Shown here: positions 13,861 through 28,041 of the stretch, piece after piece
Layout of the letters: every line of letters begins with the position of its first letter
Numbering within the stretch: the stretch's first letter is position 1
NCBI GenBank assembly: GCA_043228905.1
Contig: JBHGNT010000016.1
Span: 3,410,001 to 3,474,000 of the forward strand
Source of the DNA: Azolla caroliniana
Taxonomy: Eukaryota > Plantae > Polypodiophyta
Reading direction: 5' to 3'
DNA length: 64,000 nucleotides
The notes under the pieces: generated by a model
What the model was told of the DNA's origin: nothing
The model's database searches: none
What the model saw: only the letters and a program-made list of their open reading frames with translations
Program-made: the position numbers and the translations under genes

Positions 13861-15078
13861 CCTCTTGTTTGATTGACAGAACTTGTTTGATCTAATTCCA
13901 TGCCTAAAATTTTATCTCTTACTATTCAAAATCCGTGACTAGTAGGATCGGTGGCTTTTTGATCGTGTATGTACATGTGGATCTGAGTTCTCAAGAGTAC
14001 GGCTCATTTGGATCCATTATACTAGAATCATGAGCAATACTTCATTATATGATAATTGTGATTGAAAATCCATCATATGATAATTGTGGATGGTAATCAC
14101 ATAGGTTTATCTATATGCTCCAAAGAGTGGAGCTTCAATATTGCGAGTCACTGCACATTATATATATAAATATAAAAAAATAATATATATATTCTAGAAA
14201 ATAACTATGTCTATGTATTTCATTTGTTAATGTTCCTCATGTGGGAACATTAACCCATCAATTTTGGCCAGTCCTTTTTCAAGGTATGCAATTTTTTACA
14301 TTGAACTATTTATTTTGTATGGAGGGCATTGTATTTATTTTACTAAAAAATGCACGCAGAATTCATAACTGAGCAACTTGACTTACTTGGTATTTGGAAT
14401 ATTGAGAACATATTTGACACAGTTATCAATTATTAACTCTTGGAGATTGTCTCCTTGTAATTATTGACATTTCTAGGTATTGCACATGATTAAGCCTCAT
14501 AATTGCAATGCCAAATTATTTTCTCAGTTTTGGCTTAATTGTTCTTGAAAGCATGCTAATTTCTTGATCCTCCGAGTGCTTGCAGTAATAAAAACTAGTT
14601 TCTATTTGAAAAATGTAAAAAACTCTCTATGCAGAGATATTATTTAAATTTCTGAAGTCCAGTCATTGTTTTATGTATAAACATAAAAAATTGATCAGCT
14701 ATTCCAAGTCTAACCTCATATGAGTCATATCAATCCTTTTATAAGCATCTGTATTAAATGTGAGATGGACAGAGATAGATAGATAAAGATAAATCCATGA
14801 AATAAAAAACATGTATGTGTTCATTTTGACATATTCGCATTATGCTTACAGAGCTGATTGTATGCAGTGTACTTCAGTTATTGAAGCATGATGGTGACTT
14901 AACAAGGATGATGCATGGGTAGAAAAGAAGAAGAGGGGGTTCAATATGATGACAAGATGCCTATTAACATCCATATGAAGGAGTAAAAGGGTCCTATCAT
15001 GCGAAGCCCCTACGACTATTGTTTTTTTGAAGCTTCTGTGTATGTGGTTCCAAAGGAACAACTTTAAAAGCTTTGATA

Positions 15079-18000
15079 ATGGCAACTTACCTTCCGTCTG
15101 GTTCTAACGTGAAAGGGGATACTATGCAGACCCTCTATCTTATGAACCCTAGCTATACGGGATATCCCACCGATTCAACTAACCCGGGGAACATGGTCCT
15201 AGTCAGCACAGGAGCTTCAGCTCATGTTGGAAACTCTACTCAACATCAACAGTATGATGGATTTTCTCTTCCTCCTCACATGCCCCAGCCATCTCAAATG
15301 GCTGTGATGCCAAACAGACATAATATGGACCATCAAAATGCTCCGTCTTCAGAGACATTTTCGAGTGGCACCATTAGTCAAGGATATAGCTGGAATGGAG
15401 GAGGGAATGAGTTGATGTTTATACCTTCTAGCAATATGAGAGAAGATAATAATGCTTTAACAGCTAGGTTGACTGCAATACAACCCAATTCCAGTATGTC
15501 CCATATAGGTATAAGGAATCATCTTTCTCAAGCATCTTTCCAGGAGGAGCAACAGCATGGGCCTTTCATTCCTACTGGAGTTTCACTTGTAGAGAACAAC
15601 ATGCAAGTGCCTACAGGTCATGGCCATGGTCAGATTCTCTCTCTTTCTCTCTCCCCACAACCATCTTTGTTAAACCAATTGCAGACTTTCCCCATCCAAC
15701 AACATTTGGAATTGGGTATAAATAATGATCATGATTTTGGTGATATGGGCACGGAGAACTATCCAGGGAAAGAGAGATTCCCTAACCAATGGACTGACGG
15801 AGGTTCAAATTCGTTGAGGGTGATTTCTCCTAATGTTCTAGTTTCCGGATATCAAAGCCATCATATCAGTACTTCAAACAATCGACAATTTGGTATGTTT
15901 CCTTCAACCTCCCCCAAGGCCGATATCTATGGTTCAAAGTTTCTCAAACCCGTGCAAGAATTGCTCAATGAGGTGGTGAGTATTGTAAGAGATGTGAAAA
16001 CCAACTCTCCAAATCTGTCCAATAAATCGCAACCCTGGGCTCCACAAAGCTCTTATGGTAACACGTCTTTTCAAGAAAAACAAAACCCTGTGGAAATGAG
16101 TCGAAAAGATGGCAGTATTCCTATGACTACCTGGGCAAATGGAAAGGACATAGTTCCTGCTGTCTCCAACATACCCAATAATGCTGCTGGCATGCCACAG
16201 CAAAATGCTCAAAATGCTGAAAATGTAGTGGAACTAACGGCATCTGAAAGGCAAGAAATTCAATCGAAGAAAGCAAAGCTGATGACTGTACTTGATGAGG
16301 TAGGATTATGTTGGCAAAAATAGCAAAAGTGTCCTTAACGACTTGCTTGATATTCATCACACTAAGTTTTCAAAAATTACCGAGTATACCCTCTATTGTA
16401 CAAGTTTACTATATTACCACTGAAAGGGGATATTCTGGTAAAATTTTGAGAACTTAGAGGGTATTCTAGTAAATATTCAAAAAGTTAGTTATTTTGATGT
16501 TTTGCCCTATTAAGTAATGCATCCCTTTTTTTTTGGTGCATATAAACTGATTGCCAAGTACATGTTAAAAATTCTTTTGCGTAAAAACGATCCTTTGTAT
16601 ATAGGTTGACCAAAGATATAGACAGTACCATCATCAAATGCAAATTGTTGTTACATCTTTTGAATCAACGGCTGGGGTTGGTGCGGCTCGAACGTATACA
16701 GAGCTAGCACTACAGACAATTTCAAAGCACTTCCGATGCCTCAAAGATGCAATAAGGGGTCAAATTCGAGTTGCATGTAAAGCTCTTGGTGAAGAAGACT
16801 CATTAGGACAACACGGGAGAGGAGACACATCAAGATTACGTTTCATTGACCAGCAATTACGCCAACAACGTGCACTACAACACCTAGGGATGATGCAACA
16901 ACACCCTTGGCGACCACAGCGGGGTCTTCCTGAACGTTCAGTTTCAGTCCTTAGAGCTTGGTTATTTGAGCATTTCCTTCATCCGTAAGTCTCTTTTGCT
17001 TTACTTAATGCATTATGTGCTATGTTTGCTTAATGCATTTGGTCTCATATTTGTTCATTTGATTGTATCTCTATCGTGACTTGGGTTTTGATATGGCTCT
17101 TTCACCAGTATGCTAATCTCTCATTCTTGTATATTATCTTTGGTTATGACTCGGGCATTGAAATGTTCTGCTTTAAACATTTCCTCTATATTATTCTCTT
17201 ATAGAGCTTGGTTACTAGGAACACTTCTTAATGCGCATGTTTTTTTTTGCTTCACTTATTCCTTGAAAGATCTACAATTGGCATCTTCTCATTCTTTTAA
17301 GCTTTCGACCCAGTTCTTTCCTATCATGACTCGGCTTGAAACAGTATCTGCTTTATTCTTATGCTATTTTCTCAACAAAGAGGAGATCTCTTCGTAGATG
17401 AATGCTTGAAGCTTTGATGCATTGATAAAATTTCGTTTGTTAACTGACTCAGGTATCCGAAGGATTCTGACAAAGTTCTTTTGGCAAGGCAGACTGGGCT
17501 CACTAGAAATCAGGTAAAACTACATGAAATCTGATTATTTTAAAGAGTTAATACAAGAGAACGGGCATAATCCGTCATGTTTTTGGGTATTTACTTGAAT
17601 ACTCCTGTCCAGTACAAAATCTTACTATTACAGAGGGCTATTCTTGTCAATATCCAAAAAACATTGGGGGAAGAATATATTTTGGTGTATTATTTCCCGA
17701 CCACCAAAACAAAATACTGGAGTTTCTGTGAGTTTCTTTTGGTTTTGTTTTACTTGATGTTCTAGTAGTCAATATTTTGATACATGTAGGTGTCGAACTG
17801 GTTTATCAATGCACGAGTGCGTCTCTGGAAGCCTATGGTAGAGGAGATGTATGCAGAAGAGATGAGAGAGATGGAAGGATGTATAGAAGAGACCGATAGA
17901 TCAGGTCAAGTTGAGAGAGAGAATAATGGTGATGGAGGAAGTAACATGATAGAGGATGTGCCAAACAACAAATCGTCGCTTCGAACCACATTTTTGACCG

Positions 18001-18593
18001 AACCCAAGAGTGAAGCTCTTCAGGACACAAATGATATTGCGACTGAACATGCCTCAGAGATTGTGCTCCGGAGTGATGCTTCAAAACCGACACCGGAAAG
18101 CTTCATATTCCATGAGAAGCAAAGCCTTGGTGATGGTCAAGGCGGAGCAAAGAAAGCAAGGAACAGCGCGGGGGTACAAGACTCATTCTCTCCGTTTGTG
18201 TCGCCCAACGTAATTAGTGGGAGCCTGGATTATAAAGCTGAGGAGCTGCACGTGATCCCGGAAGAAGAGAATGAAAGGCTCGAATCATATACAAGCATGT
18301 TTCAGTTGAGTGGATTAAATCGATACCCAAATGAAGCCATACCCACTAGTTATGCAACCACGTCCACACCAACATCATCTACTAGTACAATTAATAATAA
18401 TAATAATAATAATAGCGTATCGCTAACTTTAGGCCTTCAACATAGTGAAGGGCTATCTTTGTCAGGGAGCCACCAGTCTTATATGCAAGGACATGGGCAG
18501 CTAAATACAGTGGGGAGACATGTGAATTCTTCGAGCTATTATGGCATGCATAATGGGCCGTGGCAATTACGAGGGTTCGACTCATCAGGCTAG
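15079..18593 (+). CDS. BLH: BEL1-like TALE homeodomain transcription factor
   Basis: Exons 15079-16299, 16605-16984, 17453-17513 and 17790-18593 are phase-consistent. Motifs: MATY start, SKY box ([16 protein letters not shown]), BELL domain ([31 protein letters not shown]), TALE homeodomain ([33 protein letters not shown]...[22 protein letters not shown]) and VSLTLGL. Putative 5' UTR intron at 13105-14851. Confidence 0.97.
16313..16507. mobile_element. Mutator-like MITE in BLH coding intron 1
   Basis: Ends ggcaaaaatagcaaaa and ttttgatgttttgcc are inverted, and there is an internal inverted repeat aattaccgagtataccctcta / tagagggtattctagtaaat. Flanks gattatgtt and tattaagta match 6/9, a possible decayed 9-bp TSD. 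Confidence 0.55.
17563..17698. mobile_element. Related MITE remnant in BLH coding intron 3
   Basis: Ends gggcataat and attatttccc; shares the agaggg.tattct.gt.aatat.caaaaa motif with the intron-1 element. Confidence 0.4.
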
Positions 18594-21499
18594 ATTTTTC
18601 TAACCCTAATATATTATGTACCATTACTAAAGACCTTACAAGAAGATTATGAGACTGTAACATTGTAGATTAAAGACACTCCCAAGGAATCAATCTACAA
18701 TCACGCATTATACTTTGTAAAAGCTCTATATATATATGCATATATATCCTATCGAGTTCTAACCCTTGATACACGCTACTATCTTAACATAGTATCAAGG
18801 TTTAGTCCACATACATTTAACATTATATGCCATAGATTGAGATCCTAAATGTACCCTTAATTCTTTAAAAAGTATCTAGAGATATATTCCGATATTGGTT
18901 ATCTCTATGTACGACCTTCCTTATATGTATTACCTCCCAAGTACCAATTTGTTTGTTATATAAAGAGTTGTAATAAATCAAGATGATGTAATCATAATTT
19001 GTTTCTTGCACCACCTACTTTTATACAACACTTTGATGAGGGGAACGCAAGTTATACATACCTAGGGCCAAATTGGGTATAATAGCCCAAGAATGTATGA
19101 TGGGAATGATGGCATGAAGGGCTCCTAGGTTTCTCTTATTTCCTTCTAACCCTATGAAGAGCTTTTGTATATGGAAATTGAAGTTAAGGAACCTCAGCCC
19201 TTGGATGGACTTGTATGGCAATGGATTCATAAGTGAAGGGTAACTTTCTATTGCAATTATGTTATCTTGCAATTCTTTACATGGATGTAGCAAAGGTGGC
19301 AATTGAAGATTGTGTTAAATTATGCATTGGCAAGAAGAAAAGAAATGGATCCAACCTTGCCCCAACAACGGATCATTGAAGGAACACAACGATGAAAATA
19401 TTAAGCTCGGATGAATCATTGTGGCAAGCTAAAGTGAAAATATTAGTCGTATTGAATGTTTTTGGCATTTAAAGGTTTAGTGACAACATGTCCTAGGTAG
19501 GTACAATGAATTTGCACATCATGGGGCTCAAACAACGTTCAAGAGTTTTTCACATGCTTTAAAGCTTCCTTGTTTTTCACATGGACTTGGTGGGTATGTT
19601 GTCATATGTACTTGCATGTCTTGCCATATCTTTGTTGTGTTGGCATATGGTTGTGGAAAGTGAAATCGTGAAGCCATATTTTTAGAACCTTGTTAATTGT
19701 TTGTGTGTTTGACCTTAGCCTAAAATTTTGACAACTTGTTGCAATGAACATACAATCAAACCCATTACCTTCGTCTTGAACCCACGAGTGCATGGTTGTA
19801 AAGTAAAAGAGAAATTATCTAGAAAAGGCTAGCTCATTAATGATAGACAATAATTTGTTCAACAAACAAACAAGTTTTGAACCAATCAAGGGAGAGCTCA
19901 AGGATTGACTATCTTCCATTTGGTATGTACAAAAATTAGGATCCTAATGTTTGAATTGATAGCCAAGGAAGACAAGGGGATATAATGGTTGTATATGAAA
20001 TAAAGCACAACTACTAAATCATGTTTCATTGAGCAAGTTCTAGTTGTATTGCATTTTTTGCGAAGCATTTTTATCTATTGTGTTGAATAATTTAACTTGG
20101 AAAAAACCCTTATAAAATGTCTCTATTATATTGTTGGTTTGATCATCTATGCTAATGTATATATGAATTTTTAGAGACACGATTTTGTATTAGCTCATTT
20201 CTTTGGAAAAAGGGCGTTAAGCAAACATTATTTTATAGAAGTTAGACTAATGGAAATGATTTTGTGGTCTACTTAAAGGAAAATCAAGAAAAACATGCTC
20301 CAATATATGAAAATCTTCTAGGGAAGATCCTTAGGTTTAATGCTCAAATACCACATTGTGCATGGGTCACTGGAATGTGGTAAAAAATGTTTGATGGACG
20401 TTGTTAAAGGATGATAAATCATTATAGAATATAGAGGACATAGACTAGAATTTGGTAAGTTAGTAATAAGTATGCTTGAAGGGTCCAAGAAATAAAAGAC
20501 CATCTTAGAACAAAAAGAACTATTTGTATGATATAATTCATCAAATACTTCGTTGATTTCATAAGAGCCTTGACACAATCTAAAAAACCTTAAAAACAAT
20601 GTAGTGCCCCTTCTCCAATTATGTTTTTTGAATTATACTAACACATGTCCTCATCATAGAAAGCTTCCCGTGTTTTATTTTAATTATGTTCATGTTTTAA
20701 AAACGCCGACGGGAAAATTTAACGAGACATCCAATTTAGTGAATAAAACATTAATTACATGCTAAAGCGTGATGTTAAAATATGACCTATAAATTATGAA
20801 TTATACATATACATATACATATATTATGTAACTTTAAATTCTCTAACAAGTTCATTTCTTATGGGTTGCCATGTTTAACCTACTAAAATTCTTAAATTGT
20901 AAGATCTCTAACATCACATGCATTGTAGTATATGGCCAACAAGAATTCATAGGCCCCTTAGATGTTTTACAACCAATAGTGGTGTCCACATAAAACGTGG
21001 GTTTCAATCATACACTCGAGCCTGTTGGCCATTAAGCATAACACAACATACGAGGTTTGACAACAATAGTGGGAACATATACCAGACCAGGCACTCAAAC
21101 TTGCACATGGTTGGCGAGCCCCAACATTGTACAAGGGAGGTATGATGGCTTGCAATAAAAGAACAAAGTACTAGACCTAGGCATTCTGACTCAATCAATG
21201 AGAAGAGCAACACATGGGGTACAAGTACATTGATGCCACCACCACCACCTCCAACAACAACAACAATACTTTGGTGGACGCAATGAATGAGTGGAGCAAC
21301 ATATGGGGTACAAATACACCACCACCATGAAGAAGAAGAAGAAGGGATTGGTGGACACCATGTGGGTGGTGGCAAAAGTAGGACGTTTATGAGGCCAAGC
21401 ACTTTGCGGTCAGGCTCCTCGGACTACTGACAGAGGAGGCTTGAGGGGGGGGGCATGGGAAGGGTATAGTGGAACATACATAATGCATACCAATTTCAA

Positions 21500-21695
21500 G
21501 CAAAACAAGTAAGTGAGTGAATGTATGTATAATGTATATATGTACATATGTATATACATAGATATATGTATGTATATGTATATGTATATCATATATGTAT
21601 ATGTATATACATACATATATATATATGTAGCAGAGCATCTGTTAAAATAAAAATATAAAAACAGAAACAGAAACAGAAACAAAACCAGAAACAGA
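21500..21695. repeat. (TA/TATG)n and (AAACAG)n microsatellites upstream of RABF1
   Basis: Read directly. Confidence 0.9.
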
Positions 21696-21768
21696 GCATA
21701 TTTTTCCTTCCCACTTTTAGACTTGGTTCGCTACTAAATTCTCCTACTCTGCACCAAGGATCTTGGCG

Positions 21769-24700
21769 ATGGGGTGCTCGGCTTCTTCCCCAGGTAACGC
21801 TGCTCATTCACATATGCACACACACGCGCACACGCACGCAGATCTTGCTATTGTATTTCCATTATTATTGATATGTTTAGGAAGCTTTGAGAACTGGTTT
21901 GACCAAGTAATCCTGGAAATGAATCATTTTGAGAGAGAAAGAGAGAGATAGAAGAAGAAGAAGAAGAAGAAGAATTGCTTCTTCTTCTTCGTCGTCATTT
22001 TCTGCATCTTCTTAATCTCGTCCTTTGTAGAATAAGATGTACTTTGCGGCACAATTCTATTTGCAACTTCAGTTTTTCTCAAAAATTATTGCAAAAGTTG
22101 GGTATTTCTTTTTCCCCATATTTGTTCTGCAAAATTTCTTTTTCATGAAGGTCAGCATCCCTGTAGAAAATATGGCAAATCAAGCCTAATATGAGTCATC
22201 ATGAAAGAATTGTGAAAGATCGTTTGCATCATTTCCTTGATGAATGGAAGCCTGAATAATGTTAATAAACGAAATCGTTAACAAACGTGGTGAACCTAGA
22301 GAACAGGAAGTGTCAAGGTAAACTGATTTGGCCAGGACGAATTTATTTTGCCAACTGCGTGCAATTAACCTTATAGTAGCATTCCCGTTGATTTTGTACC
22401 CTGTACTTATTAAATTCCAAACGCTTGGGATACCTAAAACCTCATTACAGACTCAGCGACTTAAACAATTCCTTGTTCAAGTAAGGTTTATAGAACTCTT
22501 ATGTACATATGAATCCTATTACATTCCTTGTCTTTTTGATGCATTTTTCACACTATCTTGAAAACCATGGTCTATTGAGACACCCAGAATTTCATGTTCA
22601 CATTTATTGTGTAGGGTTTGGGAGAATGATCGAGATATGGGGCATAGGCATATACATAGATGCACCATGTAATCATTATTTGATGTCATTTTCACACACA
22701 CTCTCATTTTAGAAACTATGTGCCATTTGGTTTCTATAGTGCTGTATTCAACAGAGTGACATCAGAAGCAAGAAATGACACATGGCAAAAGAGAAATGAA
22801 AATAAGAGTAGGAGGATTAGAGCAGCCAAGTGAATAAGGAAGGAAGGATCTTTTACAGGTCCTGGCTTTGATTAATTGACTGGTTGTAGCCTTGAACTCC
22901 CAAAAATGAGGCCAATGAATTCCTTCAGATTCTAACCTAACTTCATAATCAACTAACTATGCAAAGAACATATAAGATAATAAATGCCCTAATTAGCTGG
23001 CTGTTCCAGAAACTAATTCTGGGGCTCTAGATTTCCCCAGAACGTCCATCTAAAACAGGGTTAGGTCCAACAGGCAATAGCCGTACTGATCAGCCAAGTC
23101 TTCAGCTGGACACTTGCGTTGTCATATGTCTGCATCATTGTTTATATATGGATAATACTACACCTGAAAATAGATTCGCCCATGAACATACTGGTACTAC
23201 ACTTTAATATGTTTGGTACGGACATGAAAGATGGGGTTCTGAACCATGGAAAGTAAAGTTGGTTATCACACTGAAGAAGACTTGTAGTTGTGTGAGGAAA
23301 TTAGTCAAAGAAGCTGCAACTCACCAAGAAGTCAATAATGCCAAATTGCTTCATGGTAAGCAGAACACACAGCTCAATACTCAGATTTTATAGAAGATTG
23401 CTCAACTATTTGTTGTTGCTTACTGCTTGATGATGTGAGACCAAATACAGGATAATTTTTAAGATTGTTTTATCTGTGCATGGTATGTATGGAATTTCTT
23501 GTCAGAGAATGCGGCAGTTTTCCTATGTCCAGTATTGCATAACATCATGTGACAAATGCAGCCAAGAGAAATGGGAGCTTGGACAAGAAAGGATCCTTTG
23601 ATTCAAAAAATATGCGTGTGAAGGTCAGTATGATTTACTGTACCTTTGAGTGAATTTTTAATACTTTTCATATGATTTTCTCATGTTGTAAAATGTACAT
23701 ATTTTGGTAGGTTATGTGATATGATTGGTATGTGGCTTGATTTATTTATTTCATGGTATAGATTATTATTTTGTTAGAAAGTAGACCCAAAGACTGGCTT
23801 TTAGCTGTATAGGACAGAATCGGATTTCTGGTTTTGAAGGTTATTATTGGTTCTTGTGAGAAATCAATTTTATGTTCTCTTCTGCATGATACATTGCAGC
23901 TTGTGCTTCTTGGGGACTCGGGTGTTGGGAAAAGCTGTATTGTTTTGAGATTTGTCCGAGGACAGTTTGATCCAGCCTCAAAGGTTTTTGTTGCAGATTC
24001 ATTTGTTATGTGTGGTATTCATGGGGCATTAGCTAGCAGTTCAATCATTAGTTTTTCTTTTGTCTTATAATTTAGGTGACAGTTGGAGCATCATTTATAT
24101 CACAAACAATTGCTCTACAAGATTCAACTACAGTCAAGTTTGAGATATGGGATACTGCAGGCCAAGAAAGGTTAAGATGTTCAGGGGTGACTTAATTTCC
24201 TTTGAGCATAATTGCATCTTATCCTGTAGATATAATGTTCCATTTGTTTGAAGGTAATGACTTAGCTAATAGTTACTTATTTCAGGTATGCATCTCTAGC
24301 ACCCCTTTATTACCGAGGAGCTTCTGCTGCAGCAGTAGTTTATGACATCACAAGCATAGAGAGTTTTCAGAAAGCTCAGTACTGGGTTAAAGTAACTTTT
24401 TGCTGATCAGTATCATGTATAAAATGTGTTTATATTGACTTATTAATGGCATATGAAGTTCTGTCTATTGTTGTACAGGAGCTTCAGAAGTTTGGTAGTC
24501 CTAACATTGTGATGGCTCTAGTAGGAAATAAAACAGACCTCTGTGCTTCGAGAAAAGTAGCTGTTGAAGTAAGTATTTTAGTTATTACTTTCTTGATCAT
24601 TCTTTTCTGATGTTTGGTGCCAGTTGCAGCCATATGCTGAAGTATCTTGGAACTTTTATGTTTATTAGACTGCTCAAGAATATGCCGAAAGCAATGGAAT

Positions 24701-25707
24701 GTTCTTCATAGAGACATCTGCAAAGACCGCAGACAACATTAACCAATTATTTGAGGTAAAAGAAAATTTGGAAAGTGACAGTGTAATTCTGCATAGACAT
24801 TGTCATCTCAGCTATTTGCAGCCTGTAGTCTCATGCAATTTCATTAGTTTTAATGCTATCTATCAAGAGTACTTAGGGAAATTGAAGAACTCGTTTATCA
24901 AGAGTAATTTGAGAAATTGAAAGGCTCTTGTAACTGCACAAAGGGTTATTCATCTGATAGTATAACTTAGTAGTTAGTGCGAATCCTATGTTTTTGGGAG
25001 TTAGTACTAATTGAAATATGATATTTTTCTGGGGTCTCAGTGTCTCAAACATTTTTTGATCACTTCAAGCATTTTTGCTGGGTGAAGAGGATATCATATT
25101 ATGCCTTCACTGAAAAGCTCTTCAAAGCTCTTCAAATGAGTAGTATTGACTTGGGAGGAACCACTAGTCAGAGAAGATGGGTTACGATGGCAATTTGATA
25201 TGTTTAAAATCATATGATTCAAGGGCAAATACAGACAGATCCACCTTAAGATGCAGATTATTATTCCACTAACCCAATAACCACTTTATTGCTAATCTTG
25301 TAGATAGCGTACCATTTTTTCCAGGTGTCGACCATTTGGAAGAGTTGAATAATTCCTAGACGTAGGGCTAGTTCTAGAATGTAGTTTTTCATTTGCTAAT
25401 TGTAGAATAGAGGACTACTTTTGAATTTTGTTGAATGATCCAAATCTAAACCTAGATTTACAATGCAATGGAGCTAAGAGTCTTGACCAATAAATGCTAA
25501 TGTAGTATATAATATCCATGTAATACACAACACTTCACTCATATTTCAGGTGAATGCAAAATTTATTTATACTTATTCTTGTTTTAATGACTGCTTTTGA
25601 TCTATACCATTTTTGTTAAATTGTGTAAATGTTGAAATTGGCATTTGCTATTGTTTTTTCAGGAAATTGGAAAGAAGCTTCCACGACCTTCGATTCAGAG
25701 ATCGTAG
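21769..25707 (+). CDS. RABF1: Plant-specific Rab5 GTPase (ARA6/RABF1 type)
   Basis: Exons 21769-21793, 23562-23623, 23900-23983, 24076-24170, 24286-24391, 24479-24568, 24669-24755 and 25663-25707. The N-terminus MGCSASS carries G2 (myristoylation) and C3 (S-acylation). GTPase motifs are [22 protein letters not shown] and ETSAK. It ends [14 protein letters not shown] with no prenylatable Cys, as in ARA6. Confidence 0.96.
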
Positions 25708-25879
25708 TGCAGGTAAAAACGATTCAAAAGACAATGGGTACTAAAGAAGTTTGTCAGTCTATGCTCATCCTTGTTCAGGAGAATGACTGGACAAGGATTG
25801 ACTCTCTGCCCATCCTTGTTTGTACTCTAGCTTAAAAGTGTACATAATATATGGCATTAAAATATTCCATTATACTTCG

Positions 25880-26480
25880 CAATGGATTTCTGCCTTGGAT
25901 TTATTTTATTTTGTATCAGTCCAATCCATCCACACTTCCAATGGATATTTTATTTTGGCCTCGGATTTATTTTATTTTGTATCAGTCCAATCAATCCACA
26001 CTTCCAATGGATATTTTATATGCAGTGTAAAATAATATGGGAAGGAAATGCAGCTTGATCTCCAGTGTAAAATACTGTTGGAAGAAATATGACTGCTCGG
26101 AATGAGGAAATGCAGCTTGATCTCTAATATCCAGGGTAAAATAATGTTGGAAGGAATATGACTGCTCGAAATGAACAAATCAGTGAGGATAGGTTTAGGG
26201 AAATTGTATATGATTGCTCGAAATTAATAATGCAGAAAATGTTGTGTACCCTTGTTGACATGCATTTTGATTTCAGTGCACAAAAAATCAACTTTAGGAG
26301 AGAGCTTTCAGTTATTGGATTCAAGTAAAACTCCATTCGTGGAGACAATTCATACTGAAATATTTCACTAAACCTATTGTATACGTTTAAATCAACTTTA
26401 GGAGAGAACTTTCAGTGATTGGATTCAATTAACTCCATTCGTGGAGACATTTCACTAATGAAATATTTCACACATGCATT
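25880..26480. repeat. Series of short tandem duplications 3' of RABF1
   Basis: Duplicated blocks: ttattttgtatcagtccaatc.atccacacttccaatggatattttat (x2), ggaaatgcagcttgatctc...atatgactgctcg.aatga (x2) and aaatcaactttaggagag...ctccattcgtggagaca (x2). Confidence 0.85.
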
Positions 26481-27587
26481 GGATCTAAACCTATCGTACA
26501 CCTTCAAATCAATTTTGTTATGTTTGGCAAAACCAACTTTCAAGTCGCAAGTCCATGTGTGGAAACATTCCAATAAACCAAATGCTTTGGGAAGAAATAT
26601 TTCAATATGCATTGGATCTAAACCTATGTTATAACTTCAAATCCTTCTTGATGTGCATGACACCAACCATCACGTAGAGAATATCCTACATACACTACTA
26701 ATCCACTTTCTTCACTAATCTTTTGAGGCTAATTAATTTTTTGGAGCTTTAGCTCCCTTACATTTGTTTCAAACTAAAAATCTTTTTATTTTTAACATAT
26801 GCAAGTACCTTCAAATTATGTTGACATGTGACACCAGTCATATTTTCTTAGGAATATCTTGCTACAACCTATCTTTCCAAGCCTTCAACTCCCAAATCAT
26901 AAATAATCCATGGTACACCTTGGAACCCAATTATTCTACCTCTTCATGCACTCCCAAACATACTATCCGGGCCAATAACGGACAATGCAAATTTTACTTC
27001 TACAACGATGTATGCATTGTGTGGCAATATATGAAACCCAATTGTTTCTACATAGAAAAAAATTTGAACCTTTCCATGCACTTGTCTCATACGTTTGTTG
27101 TTGCACTTTGAAATGATCCAACAATTTTATGTGATGGGTTTAGTGATAATCAAATGCTGTCTTTTGAGGCATGGTGTTCAAGTGTTGATAAAAATCCCGA
27201 TGACAATACAAAATGGCCCAACTTCCACCATGGTAACTTTGTTAACTATTCCAAACACATACTCTTAATGTGTGCCAACTCTTAGATTTGAACATGACTC
27301 AAAAGATAGAATTTTATGACCTCTAAAGCATCTGTTGATGATCTCATAACATTGTTGGATCATTTCAAAGTGTGACACGCATCATGCAACAATTAATCAA
27401 ATGTTATTGAGGCATGTTGTTCAAAGTGTTAATAAAATTCTCGATGACAAAATGCAAAATGGCCCAACTTCCACCATGGTAAAACTTTGTAAACTATTCC
27501 AACCAAACACATTCCCTTAATGTGTGCCAACACTTAGATTTCAACAACATGCCTCAAAAGGCGGCATTTGATGACCTCTAAAGCAAT

Positions 27588-28041
27588 TGTTGATGATCAT
27601 CACGTAAAACTGTTGGATCATTTCAAAGTGTGACATGCATCATGCAACAAACGTATGAGCCAAGTGCATTTTTTATCATTTCAAAGTGTGATGTAAGCAA
27701 AAGCTGTGTGAATAGTGAGAACAAAATAAATAACATGATCATTTAGACCAAATATCATGAAGGAATGAATAACAAATGTTGGGACTTGAATATCCCAAGT
27801 TTCATAAGAGCCCTTGTTGATGATCATCACGTAAAACTGTTGGATCATTTCAAAGTGTGACATGCATCATGCAACAAACGTATGAGCCAAGTGCATTTTT
27901 TATCATTTCAAAGTGTGATGTAAGCAAAAGCTGTGTGAATAGTGAGAACAAAATAAATAACATGATCATTTAGACCAAATATCATGAAGGAATGAATAAC
28001 AAATGTTGGGACTTGAATATCCCAAGTTTCATAAGAGCCCT
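27588..28041. repeat. Apparently perfect 227-bp tandem duplication
   Basis: 27588-27814 is repeated at 27815-28041. An older, diverged duplication precedes it at about 27150-27650. Confidence 0.92.

Noticed and set aside
19000-20900. Short ORFs downstream of the BEL1-like gene
   Set aside because: AT-rich, stop-ridden sequence that is probably TE debris; I could not assign a family.
21198-21430. Small His/Glu/Gly-rich ORF (MSGATYGVQIHHHHEEEEEG...) upstream of RABF1
   Set aside because: It is under 50 aa, built from trinucleotide runs and a local duplication whose other copy stops early. No recognisable family.
21950-21992. (GAA)n-(TTC)n hairpin as a possible miRNA precursor
   Set aside because: It is a short, low-complexity stem made of simple repeats.
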